Origin: a virus
Taxonomy: Duplodnaviria > Caudoviricetes
Reading direction: 5' to 3' (one strand)
IMG/VR virus record: IMGVR_UViG_3300010362_000016
Coordinates: 1 to 64,000 of that record
DNA: 64,000 nt
Shown here: positions 15,642-25,439 of the stretch, one piece after another
How the letters are laid out: each line of letters starts with the position of its first letter
Numbering within the stretch: position 1 is the first letter of the stretch
The notes under the pieces: generated by a model
The model's database searches: none
Told to the model about the DNA's origin: nothing
Seen by the model: only the letters and a program-made list of their open reading frames with translations
Translations under genes and position numbers: made by a program

Positions 15642-16375
15642 CATCTACCCTCGAAAATGTTTGCCAGGAGTTTTCTCAGGTCGCCCGTCCGATCCTGCTC
15701 AAGCACTTCACGCCGAACTGCTGCATCGGCGCAAGCGCCGTAACGATCAAGGTCCTCCGCGCACTCGGCTTCCAGGCGACTCCGCTCCCAGTCAAAGTCC
15801 GAATCTACAACCCCGAATTCATCCGTCAGGCAGTCAGGATGGGAAAGCTTCCCTCACCCACGGAACTCCAAGGAAATTCCTGGGCTGTCGGGATCGGCTG
15901 GCCTGCTCCTCATCTCACGGATTTCATCGGCCACCTTGTCGTCATCGCTTCAGCGTCAGCAAACTCCTCGACAACAAATCCTGGTGGATGGTTTCTCATC
16001 GACGCAAGCATTCAACAAGCCAGCCGCCCTAATAAGGATCTTGTCTTACCTCCAGTCCTTATCAAAGAAGTCCCCCTGGACTTCCGCCTGGGACGATCTC
16101 CTCTCACCATCGACGAACCTTTCGGTCTCCTGATTTATCAACCCTTCAAAAACATGAGTTGGAGACGCGCCCCGGATTGGCTCGATTCGAAGCGCCACGC
16201 CCAACCGGTTCAGGAGATCCTCGACAAACTCTCAAACAAAGTGCTCAAGGTGCCCAACAACAACGATGAACAACAAACCAGACTCTCCAACAACGAATAC
16301 GACGACGCACTGGAGCCAGACTCCCGAAGGCAGACGCCGGATCTCGGCCATGCGCCGGAAAACAGTCCGGGATAA
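15638..16375 (+). CDS. Hypothetical protein, possible transglutaminase/papain-like fold
   Basis: ATGA-coupled start; spacing of NCC...GHLVV...LIDAS suggests a Cys-His-Asp triad. Confidence 0.65.
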   Translation: MTSTLENVCQEFSQVARPILLKHFTPNCCIGASAVTIKVLRALGFQATPLPVKVRIYNPEFIRQAVRMGKLPSPTELQGNSWAVGIGWPAPHLTDFIGHLVVIASASANSSTTNPGGWFLIDASIQQASRPNKDLVLPPVLIKEVPLDFRLGRSPLTIDEPFGLLIYQPFKNMSWRRAPDWLDSKRHAQPVQEILDKLSNKVLKVPNNNDEQQTRLSNNEYDDALEPDSRRQTPDLGHAPENSPG

Positions 16376-16856
16376 AGCTCGCGCCAAAGCCATGGCCTCT
16401 TCACAAGAGGATCAAGGACAAGACAAGCTTCACCTGCTTTACGCCCTTCCCGGCCTCGAACTCGGCGTCATGGAACTCGTCGCCAAAATAAACAAGATCC
16501 GTGCAATCCTCGGCCAAGGACCTTGGACTCTCCCGACGGCGTCTGCAATGCCGTCGTCTTCCATCGAAGAAGCAAACACGCCCAACGGCGCTTCGGGAGA
16601 AGCTCCTCGCCGAAAGATCAGCGTCGCGGGCCGCAAGAGGATCATCGCCGCAACCAAAAAGAGATGGGCGGCTCACAGGGCCGCTAAAGCTTTAGCTTCG
16701 ACGACCGAAGCTTCCCCTTCACCGACCCTGGAGCAACCCAAACGCAAATACAACGTCAGCCGGGCCGGACTGAAAGCCATGCGAACCAACGCCGCCAAGG
16801 CCCGCGCCGTCCGCGCCCGCAACGTTAAACTCAAACAACAAGGCAAAACTAGATAA
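16266..16856 (+). CDS. Basic putative nucleic-acid-binding protein with repeated Arg/Lys/Ala helices
   Basis: RRRISAMRRK, RRKISVAGRKRIIAATKKRWAAH, YNVSRAGLKAMR segments. Confidence 0.7.
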   Translation: MNNKPDSPTTNTTTHWSQTPEGRRRISAMRRKTVRDKARAKAMASSQEDQGQDKLHLLYALPGLELGVMELVAKINKIRAILGQGPWTLPTASAMPSSSIEEANTPNGASGEAPRRKISVAGRKRIIAATKKRWAAHRAAKALASTTEASPSPTLEQPKRKYNVSRAGLKAMRTNAAKARAVRARNVKLKQQGKTR

Positions 16857-17027
16857 CCTTTTGAACAATGATGACCTCCGTTGCTCTCAACGAACCAACC
16901 GGCTGCGGCAAAACCTACATCGTGATAGGCCTCGTCTGCGGCAAAACCTTCCCCTTAATCTGCATCGTCAACGAGCAACGGCAACCTTCAATCAACATCT
17001 CAGGAAAAAACAGGAACCAAACCAACC

Positions 17028-17360
17028 ATGACAGTGAAATTTTCAAATCTACAAATCAACGCACTCCGTCTCTTCATGGAGGGAGGCCACCAGGGTCTGA
17101 TGAACTTCGACGAGTTCACCCAGATCGACCAGCGAATCACCTCCGGTCTCGGTCGAAGGAAAATTCCCTTCCTCCGCAAGATCGGCTCCGATACTTTCGC
17201 CCTGACCAGGGAAGGAATGGACGCCTGGAAGCTCTTCGAATCGACAGACGTTTTCAGGAAGATCCAATCCACTTCCATCGCGAAGTGCTTCGCGACAACC
17301 AAAATGGGGATTGTCCGATCCCAGAGATCTCCTGGCAAAGCCAGATCAAGGGCCGCTTGA
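17028..17360 (+). CDS. Hypothetical protein (possible winged helix)
   Basis: 110 aa ORF ending FALTREGMDAW. Confidence 0.6.
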   Translation: MTVKFSNLQINALRLFMEGGHQGLMNFDEFTQIDQRITSGLGRRKIPFLRKIGSDTFALTREGMDAWKLFESTDVFRKIQSTSIAKCFATTKMGIVRSQRSPGKARSRAA

Positions 17361-17449
17361 TCAACCCGGGGATACCAGAGCTTCCATTGCCATTCCGGAC
17401 AATGGAGCAGACCTCCAGTCCGATAACTAGAGACTGGAAGGGAGGGAGA

Positions 17450-17977
17450 ATGTCCATACCGATCATGGAAGAAATTTGCAGAGCGTTAAAGGATGTGACG
17501 GAAGAAGATGTCAGGATGGCGGAGATGGATCTCTGCGAAGATCGTGTGTCGAATGGGGATAGGGTGATAGGGGTAGTTAATCAGGAAGCAAAGAGGATTT
17601 GGGCGCTGAGTTGGAAGTATCGAGGGTCCAGGTTGAAAGCGCAGTTGGAGGAGAAGTTTAACGCCCAGAGTCTGGAGGAGAGGAAGAGGTTTCATGTGGA
17701 TGGGCAGATGTGGGCGGGATATGAGGAGGTGGTGAGGGATTTGTTTTGGCTGGCGGTGAAGAAGCAGTTCAAGGAGGAGGTGTGTGAGGTAGAGGGGATT
17801 GGGTTGAGAGGAGGGTTTACGGTGGTGGTGTTGTCGGTGAAGAGCGGGCAGGAGGAGGAAATGGGGGCGATGAGGGAGTTGTTCAGGGGGTTGAGGGAGG
17901 TTCAGGAGGAGATGAATGGAGAGGCGGAGGCTGAAGAGGAGGAGAAGAAGAAGAGGAAGAGGAGAACGTTGAATTAA
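17450..17977 (+). CDS. Hypothetical protein
   Basis: GGAGGGAG RBS before ATG 17450; 3' part of track ORF 16868..17977. Confidence 0.7.
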   Translation: MSIPIMEEICRALKDVTEEDVRMAEMDLCEDRVSNGDRVIGVVNQEAKRIWALSWKYRGSRLKAQLEEKFNAQSLEERKRFHVDGQMWAGYEEVVRDLFWLAVKKQFKEEVCEVEGIGLRGGFTVVVLSVKSGQEEEMGAMRELFRGLREVQEEMNGEAEAEEEEKKKRKRRTLN

Positions 17978-18249
17978 GGCGGGGAGGAGTTAGTAAGTTG
18001 GGGGAGGGATTGGTTAGGTTGGGTAAGTCTGGGTAAGTTTGTGAGGGCATGAGGGAAGTTGTTTGGGTTGAGGGAGTTAGAAAATTTATGAATTTTCTGT
18101 TGCGAAGTTTTTGAACTCGGTGATAATCTGTGGTTCTCCCGAATTTCATAGGAGACGGTCTTGCGCTTTGCCCTCGTGCCTTCGACGCCTATGCCTTCGT
18201 GCCTTCGGAGCCCTCGTTTCAAAATTCTCCGAAAGGCAAGGCGCAGGTT

Positions 18250-19743
18250 ATGACGTCGTCATCCTCCTCCGAAACGCCCGGCCCGAAAGTAGTTCCGTTT
18301 CCCAGCCCCGCGCCTCCACCTCCCCCTTCAGCCATCCCTCCCCCCGTGCCGGTGTCTCTCCTGCCCTTCCCCTACACCGACACCGGCAACGCCGAGAGAC
18401 TTCTAGCAGCATTCCCCGCCAAATTCCTCTACTCCCCCGAAACCAACCGCTGGTTCACCTGGACCGGCAAGCTCTGGCGCAGGGACTCCCTCCAAACCAT
18501 CTACTCCTACGCCAACGCCACCATCCGGGAGTTCCTCCGCCAGACCAATCAAATCGCCGATCCCATCCCCCGCGAAATCGCCCGTAAATTCGCTATCCGT
18601 TCCGAGTCCGCCCAAAGCCAGGAAGCCATGATCCGCCAATTCCACCGGCTCCACGGAACCTCCATCCTCCAATCCCGCTTCGACCGTCATCCTTATTTAT
18701 TGAATCTCGACAACGGCATCCTCGACCTCCGCGCCGGTCAGCTTCTTCCTCACGCTCCTTCCCGTCTCCTGTCCAAAACCTCATCCATCAAATTCGACCC
18801 CTCAGCCACGTGTCCACTCTTTTTATCCTTCCTCGACCGGATCATGGCATCCAATGAGAATCTGATCTCCTACCTACAAACCATATTTGGATACTCGTTG
18901 ACAGGAGATGTTTCCGAACGGGCGGTGTTTTGTCTCTTTGGCAATGGTTCCAACGGCAAAACCACCCTTCTCCGAGTCATCCGGCATATTCTCGGGGATT
19001 ACGCCGCTTCGGTCATGATCAAATCGATCATGGACAACCGCGAATCGGATTCCCTCACCACAACCTCCGACATAGCGAATCTCCAAGGAGCCCGCTTCGC
19101 CACAACCTCCGAAGCCAAGCAACGCCAAAAGCTATCCGAGCACCTCATTAAATACCTCACCTCCACCGACAAACTCCGAGCTTGCCACAAATACCAAGAT
19201 CCCTTCGAATTCGAACCAACCCACAAGCTCTTCATCGACACAAACCATCGTCCCGAAGTCACCGGAACCGATCTCGGCATCTGGAGCAGACTTCATCTCA
19301 TCCCCTTCACCACTGAAGTCCCCAAAGCCAGTCAGGACCCGGAACTCTACTTCAAGCTAATCGAGGAGTCCCCCGGAATCCTCAACTGGATGCTCAACGG
19401 TTGCCTTCGCTGGTCAGTTTCAAGGTTGAATCCTCCCTCCGAGGTAACTTCCGCGACTTCCGCCTGGAAAGTCGAGGATGACCTATTCTCGGAGTTCTTC
19501 ACGGATTGCTGCGAGTTCACTCCGAAGTACTTCACGCCGACTTCTCAAATCAATGATGAGTTCAAAAAATGGTGCGAACAGGAACATATCAAGATGCCGA
19601 GTTATTTAGTGCTGAATGACCGGCTCCGGAAGATGGAGGCCGTCATGGATCGAGCTTATCTCCCTGAAGGTAATCGAGTTAGGGTATGGAAGAACGTCCG
19701 CCTGACGCAGTACGCAATTAACTATCCAAACCAGCCAACCTAA
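18250..19743 (+). CDS. P4/D5-family primase-associated SF3 helicase (no primase domain visible)
   Basis: TDTGNAERL D5_N-like start, GNGSNGKTT Walker A, FIDTNHRP..GIWSRL; ORF open from 18130. Confidence 0.9.
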   Translation: MTSSSSSETPGPKVVPFPSPAPPPPPSAIPPPVPVSLLPFPYTDTGNAERLLAAFPAKFLYSPETNRWFTWTGKLWRRDSLQTIYSYANATIREFLRQTNQIADPIPREIARKFAIRSESAQSQEAMIRQFHRLHGTSILQSRFDRHPYLLNLDNGILDLRAGQLLPHAPSRLLSKTSSIKFDPSATCPLFLSFLDRIMASNENLISYLQTIFGYSLTGDVSERAVFCLFGNGSNGKTTLLRVIRHILGDYAASVMIKSIMDNRESDSLTTTSDIANLQGARFATTSEAKQRQKLSEHLIKYLTSTDKLRACHKYQDPFEFEPTHKLFIDTNHRPEVTGTDLGIWSRLHLIPFTTEVPKASQDPELYFKLIEESPGILNWMLNGCLRWSVSRLNPPSEVTSATSAWKVEDDLFSEFFTDCCEFTPKYFTPTSQINDEFKKWCEQEHIKMPSYLVLNDRLRKMEAVMDRAYLPEGNRVRVWKNVRLTQYAINYPNQPT

Positions 19744-19748
19744 AAACA

Positions 19749-19999
19749 CTGTCCCACTGTCCCGGGTCTGTCCCAGGGTCTGTCCCAGACTAACTATCTA
19801 AGTTTTCTACGACATCGCATACGTGTGGGACAGTGGGACAGTGTTTGCCCCCTCCAAAACTTTCCTATAGAAATCTCTATACTAAACTTCTCTATATTCA
19901 CTGTCCCACTGTCCCACTGTCCCAAAAAAAGAATAAAAGAAGTAAATACAGTAAGATAGAAAAACGAATCAACGGGACAGTCATGGGACAGTGGGACAG
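19749..19999. repeat. Iteron-like CTGTCCC cluster, candidate replication origin
   Basis: 12 copies (7 ctgtccc, 5 gggacag) arranged 4F-2R-3F-3R around A/T-rich tracts, directly after the helicase. Confidence 0.8.
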
Positions 20000-20222
20000 T
20001 CCCTCGCCTTGCCAACGGCAAGGCGAGGAGTAAGTCAGTTCCCCAAGCCCCATAGCTCCGGAATTGCCCCGGATTAGCTGCACCAGACAGTCCAGGCCTT
20101 CCGCTGCGGCCCGGACCTCAGCAGAGGGCGGGAAATTTTCCCAGGCCCCCCAGCGGCCTCCCAAACGCTCAAAACACCCATTTCATCCAGGAAATCCAGG
20201 GATTCCCTCATTCAACCGGGGT

Positions 20223-20252
20223 TTGACAACCCTCCCCCGCCAGCGATAACAT
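20223..20252 (+). promoter_or_regulatory. Sigma70-like promoter without ACGT boxes
   Basis: TTGACA-18-TAACAT upstream of 20277. Confidence 0.55.
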
Positions 20253-20276
20253 CCCAACTTCCCCGGATACGTACCA

Positions 20277-20528
20277 ATGTCCAAATCAGACAACTTCGAC
20301 GTCCGAGCCCCGGAGATCGAGACCTTGCTCCAGGACTTGGGCCGCTCCCTCAAACGCCGCATGCCCCTAGGCTGGGGCTTCACCCTCTTCCTCTCGAACT
20401 ACGGCCCAGGCGGGGCCATGTTCTACATCTCCTCCGTCAACCGTGAGGACATGCTCAAAGCCCTGGTCGAATTCATCGAACGCCAAGTTCAAGAGCCGGA
20501 GACTCACGAGCCGGAGACCGGCTCGTGA
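20277..20528 (+). CDS. Hypothetical protein
   Basis: 83 aa; GWGFTLFL...MFYISS motif. Confidence 0.75.
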   Translation: MSKSDNFDVRAPEIETLLQDLGRSLKRRMPLGWGFTLFLSNYGPGGAMFYISSVNREDMLKALVEFIERQVQEPETHEPETGS

Positions 20529-21109
20529 ACCTTCCTCCCCTTCCTCGCCGGATGCAGTCCCTTCCCCGCGACCCGCGAGGATACCCGATCCCCTGGAACG
20601 TCCTGGTCTCGCCTGACGGCGAGCCTTTTTTCACCATCAACGACGACCGCCGTCACAACGAAGCCCTCAGATTGGGCTTATGTCCAATCTGCGGCCATCC
20701 CCTGGGTAAGTGGATGTGGTTTGTCGGCGGTCCCAAATCTGCATTCGATCCCCACGGCTGGTATCTCGATCTCCCCGGTCATCACGATTGCGAACAATTC
20801 GCCCTCCAAGTCTGTCCGTACTTAAGTGCTCCGAGATATATCCACGAGATCGGGTTAGCTGGCCGGAAGCCTCCAGCTACCTTACTCGTCGATGAGACAG
20901 TCCTCCCGGATCGTCCTGAGATCTTCGTCACGGTAGCCTCAAATAAAGTTGAGTTCCTGCGACGTGAAATCCTGGCTCCCTACGTTAGACCTGGGCGTCC
21001 ATTTCTGGGGTTTGAGATATGGCGACATGGTAAGCAGCTTCCCATGGAGGAGGGGATAATGGAGGTGAGAAGGGTACTCGGAGAAGAATGGAATCCTCCG
21101 GAGATTTGA
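20525..21109 (+). CDS. Hypothetical protein with Cys/His Zn motifs
   Basis: RDPRGYPIPW, CPICG, H..C..FALQVCPYL. Confidence 0.78.
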   Translation: MNLPPLPRRMQSLPRDPRGYPIPWNVLVSPDGEPFFTINDDRRHNEALRLGLCPICGHPLGKWMWFVGGPKSAFDPHGWYLDLPGHHDCEQFALQVCPYLSAPRYIHEIGLAGRKPPATLLVDETVLPDRPEIFVTVASNKVEFLRREILAPYVRPGRPFLGFEIWRHGKQLPMEEGIMEVRRVLGEEWNPPEI

Positions 21110-21130
21110 GAGTGAGGAGAGGTTAGGGAG

Positions 21131-22066
21131 ATGCCGAGGTTTTTGGATGATATTCGGGGTGGGAGTTTAGGGTGTCCGTGGTTTGTCGCGGAGTCGATGG
21201 AGGATCGTTGGGAGGAACATACAAGAAAAGTTAGTAAATTGCTGGAGGAAGATATTCCTGTGTTGAGTATTCCGAATGTAGCGGAGTATATATTTACTGG
21301 GACGGATCAGGAGTATTGGGATTTGAAGAGGGATTTTCCGAATCTTGCGCCGCCGTATGGGAGGTTTTGGGCGGAGCATCATATTCCGACGAAGTTGAGG
21401 AGTAAGGAAAAAGGGGATTCGGATATGTCGGATATGGTCAGCAAGGGGAGGATTGGGGTGTTGGTGACGGCGTTGGATGCACAGGAAGCGAATGTTCCGG
21501 TGGGGGTGGATGGGATTCCGAAGGAGGCGAAGTGGGTGTTGTGGTGTGAGTTGTTTGTGGATTATGGGGCAAAGGTGGGGAAGAAGTGTACGGCTGAGGG
21601 AAGTCATGGGCCGGTGTTTGTGTTGGTGGATGCGGAGGGAAGGAGTTTGGTGAGGCCCTGGTTGCAGAGTTTTTCAGGGGGGAAGTTTGAAGATGTGTTG
21701 CCGAGTTTGATTAGTTGGATACATCCGACTTTTTTGGCGATGAGCTTCCTGCATTGTAAAAATGTCAGGGTGGTCGATAACAAGGTGGATGTGAAGTTGG
21801 CGAAGAGATATCGGGAGAGGCATGGGAGATCCCCGGTGGAGTATAAGACGTTGGTGATTGAACCGTTGAAGGAGATTTTGAGGAAGGAAGGAAGGGTAAG
21901 CGAAGTCGGGTTGGCCCGGGCGCTGCATATTTGCAGGGGGCATTTCAGGGATTATCGCGAGGGGAGGGGGTTGTTTGGGAAGTACAAGCAGTTGGTCTGG
22001 ACCCCGATGACGGTGAGGGGGACGAAGGGGAAGGTTCAACCACCAACGGTGGAGGTGAAGATTTGA
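21131..22066 (+). CDS. Conserved phage hypothetical protein (paralog of 26061..26987)
   Basis: NLAPPY..FW.E, FLHCKNV, LHICRGHF..Y....LFGK motifs. Confidence 0.82.
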   Translation: MPRFLDDIRGGSLGCPWFVAESMEDRWEEHTRKVSKLLEEDIPVLSIPNVAEYIFTGTDQEYWDLKRDFPNLAPPYGRFWAEHHIPTKLRSKEKGDSDMSDMVSKGRIGVLVTALDAQEANVPVGVDGIPKEAKWVLWCELFVDYGAKVGKKCTAEGSHGPVFVLVDAEGRSLVRPWLQSFSGGKFEDVLPSLISWIHPTFLAMSFLHCKNVRVVDNKVDVKLAKRYRERHGRSPVEYKTLVIEPLKEILRKEGRVSEVGLARALHICRGHFRDYREGRGLFGKYKQLVWTPMTVRGTKGKVQPPTVEVKI

Positions 22067-22350
22067 GCGATGAAATAGTGTTGGTTTGCGCCAGGGCGAC
22101 GAAGGAGGTCACGATCTCCGGGTCGTCCTTCAATCGGACGTGCGGGGTCTGTGGAGAGAGGGTGATGATTGCGCCGTCCGGGCAGAGGTTGTTGAGGGAC
22201 CGGCCAGGGACGCCGGTTGTTTGTGAGGATTGCGTGAGGGCGGCTGGCGGATTGAAGCCGGAGGATGAGGTTGTGTTGCCGGATGAACGTCATGTGATCC
22301 GGCGGGAGTTGGATCAGATCGAAATCAACAACTGGAGCAAGAGGAATTGA
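22063..22350 (+). CDS. Small Zn-finger protein
   Basis: CGVC...CEDC; TTG overlaps the upstream stop. Confidence 0.65.
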   Translation: MSDEIVLVCARATKEVTISGSSFNRTCGVCGERVMIAPSGQRLLRDRPGTPVVCEDCVRAAGGLKPEDEVVLPDERHVIRRELDQIEINNWSKRN

Positions 22351-22355
22351 GCGGG

Positions 22356-22385
22356 TGGAAATCTACTTGACATACGTGATATAGT
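22356..22385 (+). promoter_or_regulatory. Plus-strand copy of the repeat promoter/operator
   Basis: TGGAAA tctacttg acatacgt ga TATAGT; ATG 6 nt later. Confidence 0.7.
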
Positions 22386-22391
22386 GGAGCA

Positions 22392-22562
22392 ATGGACTGG
22401 AAAACATTGGTAGACATGGCGCAGGTGGACATCAACGCGGCCCTGGTCAACAACTTCAACAACCAGGAAGCCCTCGATCATCTCCGGGATGCAGCCCGGA
22501 ACCTCGACCGGGCGGTCGAAGCCCTGGAAGAAACCCTGGAGCCCCCGGATGACGCCGCTTAA
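22392..22562 (+). CDS. Small helical protein (56 aa; not in ORF track)
   Basis: MDWKTLVDMAQVDINAALVNN...; leaderless position. Confidence 0.65.
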   Translation: MDWKTLVDMAQVDINAALVNNFNNQEALDHLRDAARNLDRAVEALEETLEPPDDAA

Positions 22563-22800
22563 CTGCACATGGTGCGACGAGCCGGTCCTCTCCACTGAGC
22601 AGCATCCCGATTTCGACGAGCCCTTCCATTTCGAATGCGCCTTCCGCTCCGTCGCAGGCTCCCTCGCCCACCTCGCACGGCGATGTTCCTGCTTCGTCCC
22701 AGGCTCAGACGAAAACGATCCCCCCGGCTTCTCTAAACGAGAAGCCGCTAAACAAGTCCTGGAGGCCTACCGGAACCTCGAAACCTGGAAACTCCAATGA
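22549..22800 (+). CDS. Small Zn-binding protein
   Basis: CTWC...H.EC...SVAG. Confidence 0.7.
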   Translation: MTPLNCTWCDEPVLSTEQHPDFDEPFHFECAFRSVAGSLAHLARRCSCFVPGSDENDPPGFSKREAAKQVLEAYRNLETWKLQ

Positions 22801-23420
22801 ACCTGACCGACAAGCAACTTCAGGCCATGGCCCTTCAATGTCTGAACATGGCCAAGCGCGACATCGAATACAAGCGCTGGCGTGGAATCGTCCTTGCCGT
22901 CTACCACGAAGGGGATCAGCCTTCCCCTCTCCACAGAATGAGGGCCGTCGAACGCCAGATCCCCCAGCTAATCGGCGACGAATGGCTTAACGACTCCGCC
23001 GCCAAAAAAGCCACCTTCGATGTGATCCGGGCTGTAGTCCTTCATCTCAACCCCGAAGCCACGGTCTTCTGCACCCTCTCCAATTCATTCAAGCCCACTT
23101 CCAAACTCCTCGCCCAGGGCCACGACGAAGTCATGAAGGTCGTCTCCGCCGGTCACGACCGTCATCACCTCGCCGTAGCCGAGGGTCTCATGACAGTCGA
23201 AGACGCGCTCGCTTCGCTCGCCCAATCCCCTCAACGGTTCTGTCAGGTCCTCCAGCCCATTCGCGGAAAGCTCCTCATCGGCCCTCCCCAAATCCACTGC
23301 TTCGACCAGCAGGATTTCTCCGGCCTCCTCAAAATGTACGGCGTTCCCGGGGCCAAAACCCTCGATCAGCTTCTCAGCGAGGCCGAATGCCAGGACATCC
23401 TCCAGGAGATCATCCAATGA
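22797..23420 (+). CDS. Hypothetical protein
   Basis: 207 aa, ATGA-coupled. Confidence 0.78.
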   Translation: MNLTDKQLQAMALQCLNMAKRDIEYKRWRGIVLAVYHEGDQPSPLHRMRAVERQIPQLIGDEWLNDSAAKKATFDVIRAVVLHLNPEATVFCTLSNSFKPTSKLLAQGHDEVMKVVSAGHDRHHLAVAEGLMTVEDALASLAQSPQRFCQVLQPIRGKLLIGPPQIHCFDQQDFSGLLKMYGVPGAKTLDQLLSEAECQDILQEIIQ

Positions 23421-23782
23421 AACCTCCCCCTCCCGAAAAAGTCCGGATCGTCCAGTGCCTCTGCGGCCCGGCCCGCCACTGCATCATCGCCGTGCCCTAC
23501 GTGCCCGGGGTCAGCGCCGCTCAAAAGGACTTCGGCTCCCCCGATGACATTACACTAACCCGCGAGAACGCCGCCTCCTACACCGAACACCTCGTTGACG
23601 GGATGATCTCCCGAAAACTAATCAACCCCTGGTGCAGTCTCTGCAACCGCCCCCGCTCCCGCTGGATCTTCGAAGACGCCCAAACGAAATTCAACTCCTT
23701 CGACGAAGCCCGTGAGTTAATGAACGAACTCGAACGGGAGCAATCCGTCGCCCGGATCGTCCTCGGCCCAACGAAAAACTGA
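23417..23782 (+). CDS. Hypothetical protein (Cys motifs)
   Basis: QCLCGPARHC...PWCSLC; ATGA-coupled. Confidence 0.75.
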   Translation: MKPPPPEKVRIVQCLCGPARHCIIAVPYVPGVSAAQKDFGSPDDITLTRENAASYTEHLVDGMISRKLINPWCSLCNRPRSRWIFEDAQTKFNSFDEARELMNELEREQSVARIVLGPTKN

Positions 23783-23783
23783 A

Positions 23784-23987
23784 ATGCCTCTCCTCGACTC
23801 CCACGAAGTCGTCAACCTCCGCAAGGAGCAGGCCCGCGACGCCCGGCAACGCCGTTACTGTCCACGCTGCACGGCCCACGTCTGGAAAAACTACTGCCGC
23901 TCCTGCGACGAATTTTTCACCGACGGCCACTACGAAACCTGCTCCGAACTAACCAAGCACCAAAAGGAAAATCACCGGACCTACTAA
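23784..23987 (+). CDS. Small Zn-finger protein
   Basis: CPRC...CRSC...H...C. Confidence 0.7.
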   Translation: MPLLDSHEVVNLRKEQARDARQRRYCPRCTAHVWKNYCRSCDEFFTDGHYETCSELTKHQKENHRTY

Positions 23988-23988
23988 A

Positions 23989-24279
23989 ATGCCGAAACTG
24001 TCCAAACTGTCCAAGACGCCCCCGCAAATCGAGACCATGGAACTTTGGGCCTGGGTCGGCGAAGACGATCACCCCGACCGCGATCAGCGGTCGGGCGAGT
24101 GGGGCATCAAACAAGGCGTCTGCCCGGCGGGCTACATCCCCATCGTGGCCGTCCGCCGCGACAAGGTCGAACACTTCTCCGAAGCTTTCGAGAAACAAGC
24201 CCGGGCCATGGGTAAGAAGATCCGTTTGGTCAAGTTCGTCTTCGCCGAAGTGATCCGCGAAACGACCGCAGGTAACTAA
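23989..24279 (+). CDS. Hypothetical protein
   Basis: 96 aa ORF in a packed operon. Confidence 0.72.
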   Translation: MPKLSKLSKTPPQIETMELWAWVGEDDHPDRDQRSGEWGIKQGVCPAGYIPIVAVRRDKVEHFSEAFEKQARAMGKKIRLVKFVFAEVIRETTAGN

Positions 24280-24322
24280 ACCATGAAGCCCTGCCCTAAA
24301 CCATGAAGCCCTGGATTCAACC

Positions 24323-24667
24323 ATGAAACCCCGCCTCGGCAATTACATCCTCGCCGCCGACGGACGCACGCCCGTTCTCGAACCCGACACGCTCAAATGG
24401 GCCATCTGGTTCGAATCCTCGGATAGGACCGTGCGCCAGGACCAAGTCGGCAACTACTCGATCTCGACGATCTTCCTCTCGGTCGATCACAACTGGCATG
24501 ACGAAGGAGATCCGATTCTCTGGGAGACGATGACTTTTTTCGGCGGCTCCAGAATCACCCTCGCCAGCGAGGCCATCCAACAGCGGCGTTATTCAACCTA
24601 CGAAGCCGCCCTGGCCGGTCATGAGAAAATTCTGGAGCACGTCAAGCTAGCAGTGAACTCATGCTGA
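24323..24667 (+). CDS. Hypothetical phage protein
   Basis: STIFLSVDH...PILWETM.F...RYST...A..GH family-like motifs. Confidence 0.78.
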   Translation: MKPRLGNYILAADGRTPVLEPDTLKWAIWFESSDRTVRQDQVGNYSISTIFLSVDHNWHDEGDPILWETMTFFGGSRITLASEAIQQRRYSTYEAALAGHEKILEHVKLAVNSC

Positions 24668-24939
24668 AAGCCCAAGACAAAGTTCGTGTATATCCCCACG
24701 GCTCCCCGGATCAAGCCGCCCTAGCAACCATCCTGATTGTCTCCGACAATCAGCGTTCCATCGCAGTCGAGTTCTCCGACCGGCCTCCCTTCGCCGTTGA
24801 TAAGTCCGGCGGGATGATGCTCCACAGGGAACATGGAACCATCGTCATGATGGCCACACGAGGAGAACTCAACGGCAGGGCCTGGGGCCCCTGGATCGAG
24901 ATGAGGGGCGGCGGTCATTACGAGATCGAACTTTCATGA
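24661..24939 (+). CDS. Hypothetical protein
   Basis: 92 aa ORF overlapping its neighbours. Confidence 0.7.
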   Translation: MLKAQDKVRVYPHGSPDQAALATILIVSDNQRSIAVEFSDRPPFAVDKSGGMMLHREHGTIVMMATRGELNGRAWGPWIEMRGGGHYEIELS

Positions 24940-25439
24940 TCGATCAACTCCGAACTTATCTAGAACAATTCGTCGCCCTCCACCACTCCATCGAACCGGA
25001 TCGGAAAATGCGCTTCGCCTGCATCGAGGATTTAATCCTCCAACACGGCTCAGAATACATCCTCAGCCACGTGAAGCATCCCGCCCAGCCCAGCGGTTGT
25101 TTCGCCCGGGCTTACCGGCTCGCCACGCGATATCCCCACCGCTGGATCTACGTCGAGGGCTACGCCCTCGCGCCGGGCGTCCCGATCCCGCTCCAGCACG
25201 CCTGGGTCAGCCCGGTCGATTCTCCCGGAACCGCCGTCGAACTCGCCTGGGGCAAACCCAACCAAGCCCCGGCTTATCTAGGCGTCCCCTTCAAACCGTC
25301 CTACATCAAAAGCGTCTTCATCGCCTCCAAACGCCAATGGCTCTCGGCCCTTGATACATTCTGGCTCAGATACCCGTTGATCACCGGCAAAGTCCGCATC
25401 GAAGACGTCATCTACAAAGGAGATCAACCCCATGGGTAA
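24936..25439 (+). CDS. Hypothetical protein, possible papain/transglutaminase-like fold
   Basis: GCF..A...YVEGYA...HAW...ELAW. Confidence 0.72.
   Translation: MIDQLRTYLEQFVALHHSIEPDRKMRFACIEDLILQHGSEYILSHVKHPAQPSGCFARAYRLATRYPHRWIYVEGYALAPGVPIPLQHAWVSPVDSPGTAVELAWGKPNQAPAYLGVPFKPSYIKSVFIASKRQWLSALDTFWLRYPLITGKVRIEDVIYKGDQPHG

Noticed and set aside
16868-17449. N-terminal half of track ORF 16868..17977
   Set aside because: Overlaps the better ORF 17028..17360; a strong RBS marks 17450 as the real start
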